A stretch of DNA of 64,000 bases. It comes from Rickettsiales bacterium. GTDB taxonomy: Bacteria > Pseudomonadota > Alphaproteobacteria > Rickettsiales > RGZB01. The stretch is taken from positions 322,612-386,611 of the forward strand of contig JBIKVZ010000002.1 of the NCBI GenBank assembly GCA_044356525.1. Direction: 5' to 3'. Numbering within the stretch: the stretch's first letter is position 1; each line of letters begins with the position of its first letter. Shown here one piece after another: positions 47,354 through 55,579 of this stretch. Below the pieces are notes generated by a model. It searched no databases and had not been told where the DNA came from. It was given only the letters and a program-made list of their open reading frames with translations. A program made the position numbers and the translations under genes.

Positions 47354-48473
47354 ATGACCAACCAAAAAACGTCAGCTTATAGCCAGGCTAAAAACAACAG
47401 CTACATTCTTTCACCTGAAATCGACTTTCTTTTTGTTGGCGGAATTGGTCTTATTTCGCTAATCGCTATTGTTGTTTTTGTTCCAACAGAAGGTCCGCAA
47501 TTTCTAAAAATTGTGTCGTACTTATACACCATTAGCTTTTTTATTAATTATCCACATTTTGCTTTTTCATATCAGTTGCTTTATTGCGGATTTACAAAAA
47601 AAATATCAGATCACTCACTTCCACGAATATATAGGCTTAGACTATGGAACGCGGGAATCTTTGTTCCTGCAATTCTTTTTGTTCTTCTGGGTATAGCATA
47701 TATTAACGGTAGCCGGATAATCTTGGGTTACATGGCAAGTGCGATGTTTTTGTTTGTCGGTTGGCACTATGTAAAGCAAGGTTATGGGATGCTAGTAGTT
47801 CTTTCTGCAAAGAAGGGGTATTTTTTTTAGCAAAACTCAGAAAAATATTATCTTATTTCACACATACAGTGGCTGGCTTTTTTGCTGGAGCATGTTCAAT
47901 AACAGCAATAGCGTATCGAAAGTAATACAAGAATATTTCTCGATTCCGTACCCTTCTATACCCATTCCAAGCCTGATAATTGAAATTGTAACAATGGCGT
48001 TTTGTATTAGCTTTTTTGTTATTGTGGCGGCAGGGATTGAGCGTTTTAGAAAAAAACAGAGTCTCCCACCAGTGACTGCAATTTTGGGCTACAGCTCCGC
48101 CCTATACTTATGGACTGTTTTTCCTGCCGCCATACATCCCTTCTTTATTTTGCTTGTGCCAGCACTGCATTCGCTGCAGTATATTTTGTTTGTTGTAAAA
48201 TATAAGCACACAGAATACGCATTATCCCCCATTTTTGAGCAAAAGCCTTCTGTTTATTCGCTTTTGTATTTTGTGCTGATTGGTGTTGCTCTGGGCGCTC
48301 TTGGGTTTTTCTTTGTTCCCATGGCGCTGGATTACTATATTCCACTAAATACTAAAGTGTTTGGTCCAGAATTTTTTCTATTTTGCGCCTATATCATCAT
48401 TAATATTCATCATTATTTTATTGATAACGTTATCTGGCGTAGAGAAAATAAAAGCATAAGCCAGTATTTGTAG
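47354..48473 (+). pseudogene. Polytopic membrane protein with His motifs, split by a +1 frameshift at a T8 tract
   Basis: The track ORFs 47354-47830 and 47892-48473 join into one reading frame of about 372 codons if one T is removed from the T8 run at 47821-47828. The downstream frame is already open from 47799. The motifs are NYPHF, WHYVKQGYG, ALHSLQY and NIHHYFID. Confidence 0.55.
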
Positions 48474-48494
48474 CTGTGGGATTTAAAAATAAGC

Positions 48495-49070
48495 ATGCTG
48501 AAAGCAATTTTCTTAGGTGGTGTTTTCTTTTTGCTTCTGGCAACAGAGGTCCAGGCCTGCCGCAACGTAACCTAGAAGCTCTCTGTGAAAGAAGCATTCG
48601 ATGAGTCCGATGTTGTGATTCAGGGCAAAGTCATCGAAATCAAAGAAGGCACACCAGATGACTTTAAGCCTGCTGATATGGAAACGTTTGAGGCGAGGAA
48701 GAAAAACATGGAAAAGAAGGACAAAGAAAAGTTCGGGCAGATGGTGTATGTCGAGCCGATAAAAATATGGAAGGGTGCTAAGTTAAAATCGCCTGTCATA
48801 TTCATTAACTACGGCCACCGCGAGTTACATTCCTGCGACTGGGCCGTGGATGTAAAGGCGGGGGATGACATGCTGATTTTTGCTGCGAAGGACGGTAACT
48901 ACCCCGTGCTGCCCCGTGGGCTCGATGGCAAAACCACCTACACCATCCCCAACATGGATAAAAGAACCTACCCCAAAAAATATCGCACAGATAACGCCAG
49001 CTTCTTTAAAACGCAAGCCAAGCGTTTCAGCGAGACCCTTACAGAGCTAGATGCGATAGTGGGGAATTAA
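48495..49070 (+). pseudogene. Exported TIMP/netrin-like OB-fold protein with an in-frame TAG after the signal peptide
   Basis: ATG 48495 encodes MLKAIFLGGVFFLLLATEVQA|CRNVT, then TAG at 48573-48575. The same frame continues into the track ORF at 48585 (KEAFDESDVVIQGKVIEIK...IWKG...SCDW...DDMLIFA). This matches the bacterial TIMP-like pattern C..(n)..EAF..sD.V..G.V. Confidence 0.5.
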
Positions 49071-49308
49071 AGAAAATGGTCTGCATTGTGTGGTGCAGAA
49101 AATCAATCATAAAAAGTCGTACGCCAAGCGTTTTAGCGAGACCTTTACACGGCAATAACCCCTACAACTTTTTTTGAGCATTGCAAAAAACCTGCTGTAT
49201 ATTAAGATGAATACCCAATATACAAATGATGGTTTGCAAAGCCGCATTGGTCTTTAGGAGAATTTTCTACTCTTGTCTTGTGGCTTAACCCTGATGTTGT
49301 TTTAAACC

Positions 49309-50961
49309 ATGCTTTCCTTGCGGGCGCTGAGCTTTTCCTCTCTCTTTTTTTATGCCCTATATGTCGTTCATTACGGCTGGGTAGCAGAAGATGCGTTTAT
49401 CTCCTTTCGCGTGGTCGATAATTTTGTGCATGGCTATGGTCTGCGGTGGAATATTGATGAACGGGTGCAGGTTTTTACCAATCCCTTATGGACCTTACTG
49501 CACATCCCGCTCTACTTCATGACCGGAGAAATTTTTTATACCACCATTTTCTTTGGCGCACTGGTAACCATGGCGGCAGTGACGGTGTTTTCACTCTCTT
49601 TGCTGCGGCAAAATCATTCTGCTCCTTTCTTTTTTATCGCGCTGCTGGTCAGCTCGCGCGCCATCACCGAATATTCCACCAGTGGGCTGGAAAATTCTCT
49701 CTGCATGCTCCTGCTGGCGCTCTTTTATGTGCAGGCTGCGCTAGCAATAACAACCGCTAATATCTATTGGGGGCGCCTTAGTTTTATTACCGCGTTGCTC
49801 GCGTTAACGCGCCTAGACGCCATTATTTTTACCTTGCCATTCTGGCTATATCTTGGCCTAAAACACCGCCGTAATATTCCTATTCTATCTGTTTTATTGG
49901 GAATGTTGCCGCTGCTGCTATGGTTTTTGTTTTGCCTGTTTTATTATGGATTCATCTTCCCCAACACCAAATTTGCCAAACTGGACTATACGGGAATTGG
50001 TTTACTGGAACGCGCTTGGCAGGCACGTTTTTATTTTTATGACTTAGTGCATAATCATTTCGCTACTTTCGTGATGTTATTAACAGCACTGTGCATCACG
50101 ACCTCACGTCTTAGAAAAATGTGGTTGGGTACGTTAACGGCACCTCTTATTGCCCCGACGCTGCTAGGCATCAGCCTGATAATTTATACCCTCTATATTA
50201 TTTATATCGGTGCGGATCATTATTCCGGGCGTTATTGGGCTGTGCCAGCCTTTGCCGCCGCAATGATAATAGGCGATACACTATGCCGCCTACCAAATAA
50301 AACGCTGCTCGCTGTCGCCGCTTTATTACCGCTATTGCTTACTGCCGATAGACTACTGATTTCAAAACAGCTGATGGGGCCAGGACAAATTGAAAATGCC
50401 CGTGCGCTCTCGCGCGGTTTGGTGACGCTCTGGGAATATAACCCTATGGCACACGCTTGGTCCAACGAAGGCCTAACTTTGCGCCAGGCTACCGCAAGTC
50501 TTGCTGTGCCGACGGTGCTTGCTCGTGGCAATGCGGGCATGATGCCGTTTTTTTCCGGTCCGAAGGTCATTATTATTGATGGGCTAGGCATCACCGACCC
50601 GCTGCTTGCCCGCCTGCCGGTATACAATCGTTCAAGCTGGTATTCCGGACATTACTGGCGGGGAATACCAGAGGGTTATGCGGAATGGCGTAGCGGCAAC
50701 CAAATCTTAATAAAACCAGAACTGGCAGAATACTACCGCGTGTTCCGCCCCATTACTTCCACCCCTCTTTCCAGCGGGGGCGGCGACCAAACCTTAATGA
50801 AACCAGAACTGGCAGAATACTATCGCAAGCTCCGCCTCATTACTTCCGCCCCTCTTTTCAGTGGGGAGCGATTAAAAACCATTTTTTTCTTCCAGCTGGG
50901 CCGCTATGAACACTGGCGAAAGAGCTATATCGAGCTTCATCATAATAATAAAACCCCTTAA
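49309..50961 (+). CDS. GT-C-fold (ArnT/PMT-like) integral membrane glycosyltransferase candidate
   Basis: 550-aa ORF with more than 10 hydrophobic spans and a first-loop acidic motif [28 protein letters not shown]. It has a soluble C-terminal region. This is a family-level call from architecture only. Confidence 0.5.
   Translation: MLSLRALSFSSLFFYALYVVHYGWVAEDAFISFRVVDNFVHGYGLRWNIDERVQVFTNPLWTLLHIPLYFMTGEIFYTTIFFGALVTMAAVTVFSLSLLRQNHSAPFFFIALLVSSRAITEYSTSGLENSLCMLLLALFYVQAALAITTANIYWGRLSFITALLALTRLDAIIFTLPFWLYLGLKHRRNIPILSVLLGMLPLLLWFLFCLFYYGFIFPNTKFAKLDYTGIGLLERAWQARFYFYDLVHNHFATFVMLLTALCITTSRLRKMWLGTLTAPLIAPTLLGISLIIYTLYIIYIGADHYSGRYWAVPAFAAAMIIGDTLCRLPNKTLLAVAALLPLLLTADRLLISKQLMGPGQIENARALSRGLVTLWEYNPMAHAWSNEGLTLRQATASLAVPTVLARGNAGMMPFFSGPKVIIIDGLGITDPLLARLPVYNRSSWYSGHYWRGIPEGYAEWRSGNQILIKPELAEYYRVFRPITSTPLSSGGGDQTLMKPELAEYYRKLRLITSAPLFSGERLKTIFFFQLGRYEHWRKSYIELHHNNKTP
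50695..50868 (+). repeat. 87-bp (29-codon) in-frame tandem duplication, 2 copies
   Basis: GGCAACCAAATCTTAATAAAACCAGAACTGGCAGAATACTACCGC... (50695-50781) is repeated as GGCGACCAAACCTTAATGAAACCAGAACTGGCAGAATACTATCGC... (50782-50868). The peptides are [29 protein letters not shown] and [29 protein letters not shown]. Confidence 0.85.
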
Positions 50962-51041
50962 AGGCTTTTATTACAGAGTACACCGTTATGGCTGGGCAAG
51001 GTTTTCAGTTCTCTAAACGCGTGCTAAGGCTCAGATTAAAA

Positions 51042-51118
51042 TGGTCGGGGCGAGAGGATTCGAACCTCCGGCCTCCTGCTCCCGAAGCAGGCGCGCTACC
51101 AGGCTGCGCTACGCCCCG
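51042..51118 (-). tRNA. tRNA-Pro (anticodon CGG)
   Basis: The reverse complement CGGGGCGTAGCGCAGCCTGGTAGCGCGCCTGCTTCGGGAGCAGGAGGCCGGAGGTTCGAATCCTCTCGCCCCGACCA folds by hand as a cloverleaf. It has a 7-bp acceptor stem, the anticodon loop TTCGGGA, the T-loop TTCGAAT and an encoded CCA. Confidence 0.9.
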
Positions 51119-51188
51119 ACACACGAACTTGCAGGGCCAAGTGCATACAATTAAACACCTGCTTGTTCAATACAAAACAATAGAAAAA

Positions 51189-52085
51189 CTAGTTGCTACC
51201 AAGGGTTTTTGTGGTGGCTTTTATCTGTTCCGCAACGCGGGCAAATAGTGCGCCACGTGCGCTTGTTTTGCGGTAGAACAGTCCGATTCTTCGCCCCACT
51301 TCTGGGCTTTCCAGCTTTAGGTAACGTATGCCGATGCTGCCTTCTTTCGGAATAGCAAGTTTAGGGATGATGGTGATGCCGCCGCCAGCTGCCACCATAT
51401 TGCGCAGTGTTTCAAGGCTGGTGGCGCGGTAGCGGCCTGATTCCCCCATGCCGATGCGGGTGCAGAATTCTAATGACTGCCCGCGCAGGCAGTGGCCTTC
51501 GTCGAGCAATAAAATTTCCTCTTTCGCGAGCATGGTGTTCTTAGCGGAGGTTTTCTTGGCCAGCTCATGCCCTTCCGGCACGGCAAGGTAAAATGGCTCA
51601 AAGAAAAGCTCGATATGTTCTAGCGCTTCATCTTCCACGGGCAATGCAATCAGCGCGCAATCAATCGCGCCTTCGCGCAGCTTTTCTAGCAGCGCATCTG
51701 TTTTTTCTTCCACCAGCATCAGCTTCAGTTTCGGGAAGCTGCCTTTGAGCTTTTCCACCATGCGGGGAAATAAGTAAGGCGCAAGCGTGGGGAAGGCGCC
51801 AAGGTAAAGCTCACCAGCAAAAGGGTCTTTTGCATCGGTGGCAATCTGGCGGATATTGGCAGCCTCACGCAGCACAGCCTTTGCTGTTTCGCAGATTTTT
51901 ATTCCTTCAGGTGTTGGCATCACGTGCTTGTTGGTGCGTTCGAATAGCTGCACGCCCAGATACTCTTCCAGCTTTTTCACCTGAATGCTGAGGGTGGACT
52001 GGCTTACATGGCAGGCATCCGCGGCTTTGGCAAAGCTGCCAAGCTCCGAAATCCGGACGATATATTCAAAATCTCTCAGGTTCAT
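51189..52085 (-). CDS. oxyR: LysR-family peroxide sensor OxyR
   Basis: 298-aa ORF with an N-terminal HTH and a redox-Cys region [14 protein letters not shown]...[22 protein letters not shown], closely resembling E. coli OxyR around C199/C208. It is divergent from ahpCD. Confidence 0.8.
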   Translation of the reverse strand: MNLRDFEYIVRISELGSFAKAADACHVSQSTLSIQVKKLEEYLGVQLFERTNKHVMPTPEGIKICETAKAVLREAANIRQIATDAKDPFAGELYLGAFPTLAPYLFPRMVEKLKGSFPKLKLMLVEEKTDALLEKLREGAIDCALIALPVEDEALEHIELFFEPFYLAVPEGHELAKKTSAKNTMLAKEEILLLDEGHCLRGQSLEFCTRIGMGESGRYRATSLETLRNMVAAGGGITIIPKLAIPKEGSIGIRYLKLESPEVGRRIGLFYRKTSARGALFARVAEQIKATTKTLGSN

Positions 52086-52135
52086 TATTAGATAATATCA
52101 ATCTATATAATATAATCAATATATTTTATTAATCA
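52086..52135. promoter_or_regulatory. AT-rich oxyR-ahpC control region with imperfect OxyR/LysR-type half-sites
   Basis: TTAGATAATATCAAT-CTATATA-ATATAATCAATATAT partially fits ATAGnTnnnAnCTAT-N7-ATAGnTnnnAnCTAT, with 2-3 mismatches per half-site. It lies immediately upstream of the oxyR start. Confidence 0.3.
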
Positions 52136-52183
52136 TCGGTGAGTTGGTAAGGTAAGGGCATAAGAAAGAAACGGAGGCTTTAT

Positions 52184-52330
52184 ATGCGATACGACCCAGA
52201 CCAATGGCTTTTATTCTGCCGCACGCAAATTGCTGGTTTTGGCAAACGCAAGCGTAAGCCTGAAACCGAAACGGAATGCGCTTGCTCCAAAATGCTGGCG
52301 GAAGCGGAATCAACCACTAACCAGAACTAA
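52184..52330 (+). CDS. Possible 48-aa small protein between oxyR and ahpC
   Basis: ATG 52184 lies 5-6 nt after a GGAGG. The product is MRYDPDQWLLFCRTQIAGFGKRKRKPETETECACSKMLAEAESTTNQN, with the stop at 52328-52330. It falls below the track length cut-off. No homology evidence is available to me. Confidence 0.25.
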   Translation: MRYDPDQWLLFCRTQIAGFGKRKRKPETETECACSKMLAEAESTTNQN

Positions 52331-52353
52331 AACATAACATAAAGGAGATAACA

Positions 52354-52893
52354 ATGCTCGGAGTTGGACATAAATTACCGACCTTTAACATGAAGGCAAC
52401 GGTATCGACGGATATTAAAGACGCGTTTAAAGATGTGACCAACGAAACCTACAAAGGCAAATGGCTAGTGCTGTTTTTCTGGCCGAAGGACTTCACCTTC
52501 GTGTGCCCCACGGAAATTGCAGAGTTCGGTAAACTGAACAAGGAATTCTCCAGCCGTGATGCGCAGGTGCTTGGCGCCAGTGTGGATAGTGAATTTGTGC
52601 ACCTTGCGTGGCGCCAAAATCATAAGGACCTCACCGGCCTGCCATTCCCGATGCTGGCGGATGTAAAGCGCGAGCTTTCAAACAGCCTTGGCATTTTAGA
52701 TCCGGCGGAGGGTGTGTCACAGCGTGCGACCTACATCATCGACCCCGAAGGCATCATCCGCTTCGTGATGGTGACGGACCTGAACGTGGGCCGCAACGTG
52801 AAAGAGGTGCTGCGTGTGCTCGACGCGCTGCAAACCGATGAGCTGTGCCCCTGTAATTGGGAAAAAGGCAAAGAAACAATTAAAGTCGCATAA
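52354..52893 (+). CDS. ahpC: Peroxiredoxin AhpC (AhpD-coupled type)
   Basis: 179-aa ORF with FFWPKDFTFVCPTE and the C-terminal ELCPCNW. Confidence 0.9.
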   Translation: MLGVGHKLPTFNMKATVSTDIKDAFKDVTNETYKGKWLVLFFWPKDFTFVCPTEIAEFGKLNKEFSSRDAQVLGASVDSEFVHLAWRQNHKDLTGLPFPMLADVKRELSNSLGILDPAEGVSQRATYIIDPEGIIRFVMVTDLNVGRNVKEVLRVLDALQTDELCPCNWEKGKETIKVA

Positions 52894-52904
52894 GGAGAAA
52901 TGAC

Positions 52905-53468
52905 ATGACCATTCAAGTTCTCAAAGCGGGGGATTCGTCCCCCGCCAACTTAGAAACCCTGCGGGACGCTTTGCCGGAATATGCGAAAGACATTCGCCTT
53001 AACCTCGGCTCGGTGCTTACCCCTGAAGGCGCACCAGACTTAACGCTGGAGCAAATTCAGGGCATCGCACTCGCGTCAGCGTATGCGACCAAAAACGCGG
53101 TGGTGATTCAGGCGATAGGGGCTGAAACATCTGTGGCGGGCGAGGCGGTGCATAATGCTGCCAAAGCCGCCGCCACCGTGATGGCGATGAATAACGTCTA
53201 TTACCGTTTCGTTCATTTGGTGCACGATGAGGAAATCAAGAAACTCCCTACCAAGCTCCGCATGAACGTGATTGGCAGCTCCGGCATTGCCAAGCTGGAT
53301 TTCGAGCTGATGAGCCTTGCTGTTTCCGCAATAAATGGTTGTGGCATGTGCATGGAAGCCCATGTGCATGAAGTGGGAAAAGCAGGTGCCACTAAGCTCG
53401 GCATCCAGTCGGCAGTGAGGATTGCCGCGGTTGTAAGCGCTGCCTCGCAAGGCTACGCGATTGCGTAA
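52905..53468 (+). CDS. ahpD: Alkyl hydroperoxide reductase AhpD (carboxymuconolactone decarboxylase family)
   Basis: 187-aa ORF with the INGCGMCMEAH CxxC motif, immediately after ahpC. Confidence 0.85.
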   Translation: MTIQVLKAGDSSPANLETLRDALPEYAKDIRLNLGSVLTPEGAPDLTLEQIQGIALASAYATKNAVVIQAIGAETSVAGEAVHNAAKAAATVMAMNNVYYRFVHLVHDEEIKKLPTKLRMNVIGSSGIAKLDFELMSLAVSAINGCGMCMEAHVHEVGKAGATKLGIQSAVRIAAVVSAASQGYAIA

Positions 53469-53470
53469 GA

Positions 53471-54103
53471 TTATTTTGTAAGCGCCAAGTTGTTTGGCAA
53501 ATTGGTAAACATGCGCTCAAGCCTTGGGTCATTGGCACGGCAACCATAAACCGATGTGTAGATGTCAGTAACCCAAGGCTTGAGTACCGCTTTTTTTATC
53601 GAATTCGTATGCTTCTTTGCGTGCAGCATCAGAAGCATATCTGGTGGTGTGCCATTTACCTCAAGGGGAAGTGTGTAGCGCAAATGGCTTACGCAAACGC
53701 TACCATGCCGTTGATAAAATGCCATGCGCCTTTTTCTTATTTCTTGATCCTCTGATTTTTGTTCTGGCGAATCAATCTCAATCACCATGCATTTGTCCTT
53801 AAACAGAGAGGTCAGTTCATCAAATATTTTTCCGCCATAGCCCTCATTTCGGCAAGACAAAGAAACCGCCATGTATTCAAGTAGGCAGTATTCCAAATGC
53901 TCCGGGGAGTAAACAATGGCAAAGCCAATAGGTTGTTCTTTGATGTAGAGTAGGTAAAAATAATAGCTCGCATCTAAAAGCATAGCCTCAAGAGCTTGAC
54001 GTGATTTTTGCTCAGATGGGGCGATGGCTTCGGTATAGATCCCAACCAAGCCATCCATTGCAGCTTTTTTGCCGTCGGCACTGGAAAGGCGGGTAAGGCT
54101 CAT
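53471..54103 (-). CDS. GNAT-family N-acetyltransferase
   Basis: 210-aa ORF. LLEYMAVSLSCRNEGYGGKIFDEL fits the acetyl-CoA-binding motif A (R/Q-x-x-G-x-G/A). It looks AT-richer than neighbouring core genes by eye. Confidence 0.65.
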   Translation of the reverse strand: MSLTRLSSADGKKAAMDGLVGIYTEAIAPSEQKSRQALEAMLLDASYYFYLLYIKEQPIGFAIVYSPEHLEYCLLEYMAVSLSCRNEGYGGKIFDELTSLFKDKCMVIEIDSPEQKSEDQEIRKRRMAFYQRHGSVCVSHLRYTLPLEVNGTPPDMLLMLHAKKHTNSIKKAVLKPWVTDIYTSVYGCRANDPRLERMFTNLPNNLALTK

Positions 54104-54147
54104 TCTATTAATCTAGGAATTCTTTGTGTTGGAATCGAGCATGCCAA

Positions 54148-54561
54148 TCACAAAATCATAAAAGAGCTTTTAAACTTATCTTTATTTTCTTTGTGCTTAA
54201 ACCACGTTGAATGGAGCTGTCCTTCCACGCCTATAATAGGCAGCCATGTTTCTTTTAAATTCTTATCTTTCATACATTTGTCATAAATGGCTTCCAGAAA
54301 ATTCCATACCATGAAGGCATAGATGTCATATTTTTCGCGCTGTTCTTTAGTGGTTATTTCATCAGGCTTAATAAAATAGGGGTTCTGCATCGCCATTTGG
54401 AGCAGGGTCAGGTAGGTTTTATCCAACTCATTATACTGTGAAACGCGAAGTGAGCGTGTATAGGCGCACATTGAATAAATTAGAGCCGTTGAGGCAAGAC
54501 AACATGATATAAGTGCGGCAATGGCCTGAATGATTTGTACAAAATTAGGTTCTGCAGCCAT
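54148..54561 (-). CDS. Hypothetical N-terminally anchored membrane protein
   Basis: The start is trimmed to ATG 54561 so it no longer overlaps tRNA-Thr. It has one TM span (IIQAIAALISCCLASTALIYSM) followed by a Lys/Glu-rich soluble domain of about 100 aa. It is AT-rich. I recognise no family. Confidence 0.4.
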   Translation of the reverse strand: MAAEPNFVQIIQAIAALISCCLASTALIYSMCAYTRSLRVSQYNELDKTYLTLLQMAMQNPYFIKPDEITTKEQREKYDIYAFMVWNFLEAIYDKCMKDKNLKETWLPIIGVEGQLHSTWFKHKENKDKFKSSFMIL

Positions 54562-54579
54562 AATATGACACACTGAAAG

Positions 54580-54655
54580 TGGTGCCGTTGAAGGGACTCG
54601 AACCCCCGACCTACGCATTACGAATGCGCCGCTCTACCAGCTGAGCTACAACGGC
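54580..54655 (-). tRNA. tRNA-Thr (anticodon CGU)
   Basis: The reverse complement GCCGTTGTAGCTCAGCTGGTAGAGCGGCGCATTCGTAATGCGTAGGTCGGGGGTTCGAGTCCCTTCAACGGCACCA has a 7-bp acceptor stem, the anticodon loop TTCGTAA, the T-loop TTCGAGT and an encoded CCA. Confidence 0.9.
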
Positions 54656-54764
54656 ATGACCATGAATATGGGACGTGTTTATAGCTACATATACCCCTAA
54701 CGTCCAGCATAAATTCACGTTCTAGGCCATTGCCTTAGGGTAGGAGATAAGGCATAGTGCCTGC

Positions 54765-55568
54765 ATGCGGTTTTTTTGCCTTATGCTTTTGGTGGCGTTG
54801 GTCATTTTCTCCCCACAGCGGTTGCGTGCGGCGGCTGAGGAGTGCGTTGTCGTTCTGCCCGATTTATACTACCGCCATTCTTCCCCCAGCCTGCTCGCGA
54901 ATTACCTTAAAAACCTCGGTTATACCGTTATCGTCATTCAATACCCTGAACTCGACTATTCCGTGCCCAGCCTGTCTGAAAAAGTGGTGGCGGGGCAGGT
55001 GGCGGCGGGGTGCCCTAGCCATGTAGCAAAAGTGCATTTTGTTGGTTATTTGTTGGGTAACGTGGTGCTGCGTCAATATCTGTTCGACCATGCGGATATG
55101 CGCCTTGGCAGGGTATTGTTGCTTGAGCCGCCAAATAAGGATACGGCGAAGGATGACCAGCGCATCGCGCGCCATCCGGTCTATCAGGCGTATTTCACCG
55201 ACCAGAAAAAAATTGCAAAGCCTGACACACGGCCTGACATGGAAGAGCGTGTGGATTATGAGCCTGGCGTGATTTTGGCGAATGCACGTTACGCAGGTAG
55301 CAAGAAGCTGTTTTCCACCATGCAGAAAATGCAGAAAATGCAGAAAATGCGCAAGTCTGCTAGCACAGGCCGTAAAATGAAAATCCCTGGCCTTGGTGAC
55401 ATGATTTACGTTCACGCGTTGCCGCAATTTGCCATCACCCGCAAAGAGGTGATTTTCCAGAGCGCATATTTTGTGCAGAATGCGGAATTCTATTCGGCCT
55501 CTAATGCGCCCGAACCTGCTAAGAAAAAAGCCAAAGAGCCGATAACCACCACCATCCGTGCTGACTAA
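54765..55568 (+). CDS. Exported alpha/beta-hydrolase-like protein lacking the nucleophile (probable pseudoenzyme)
   Basis: Signal peptide MRFFCLMLLVALVIFSPQRLRAA. The lipase-like core has VHFVGYLLGN where G-H-S-x-G-G is expected. The C-terminal part is Lys-rich and contains an MQK repeat. Confidence 0.45.
   Translation: MRFFCLMLLVALVIFSPQRLRAAAEECVVVLPDLYYRHSSPSLLANYLKNLGYTVIVIQYPELDYSVPSLSEKVVAGQVAAGCPSHVAKVHFVGYLLGNVVLRQYLFDHADMRLGRVLLLEPPNKDTAKDDQRIARHPVYQAYFTDQKKIAKPDTRPDMEERVDYEPGVILANARYAGSKKLFSTMQKMQKMQKMRKSASTGRKMKIPGLGDMIYVHALPQFAITRKEVIFQSAYFVQNAEFYSASNAPEPAKKKAKEPITTTIRAD
55320..55349 (+). repeat. 9-bp in-frame tandem repeat (ATGCAGAAA x3, plus a partial fourth copy)
   Basis: ATGCAGAAAATGCAGAAAATGCAGAAAATGCGC encodes MQKMQKMQKMR. 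Confidence 0.85.
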
Positions 55569-55579
55569 CTGGTTGTTTT

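Noticed and set aside
47322-51118. A classical tRNA-Pro-integrated genomic island.
   Set aside because: There is no integrase, transposase or excisionase gene. By eye I could not find a direct repeat of the tRNA-Pro 3' end near 47.3 kb. It is kept as an AT-rich accessory cluster only.
50988-51248. 86-aa plus-strand ORF.
   Set aside because: It runs straight through tRNA-Pro (51042-51118) and into the oxyR 3' end, so it is spurious.
52116-52313. 65-aa minus-strand ORF in the oxyR-ahpC spacer.
   Set aside because: It has no RBS and an implausible composition. It overlaps the better-signalled plus-strand 48-codon ORF.
54562-54618. N-terminal 19 codons of track ORF 54148-54618.
   Set aside because: This extension overlaps tRNA-Thr (54580-54655). 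The ORF was trimmed to ATG 54561.
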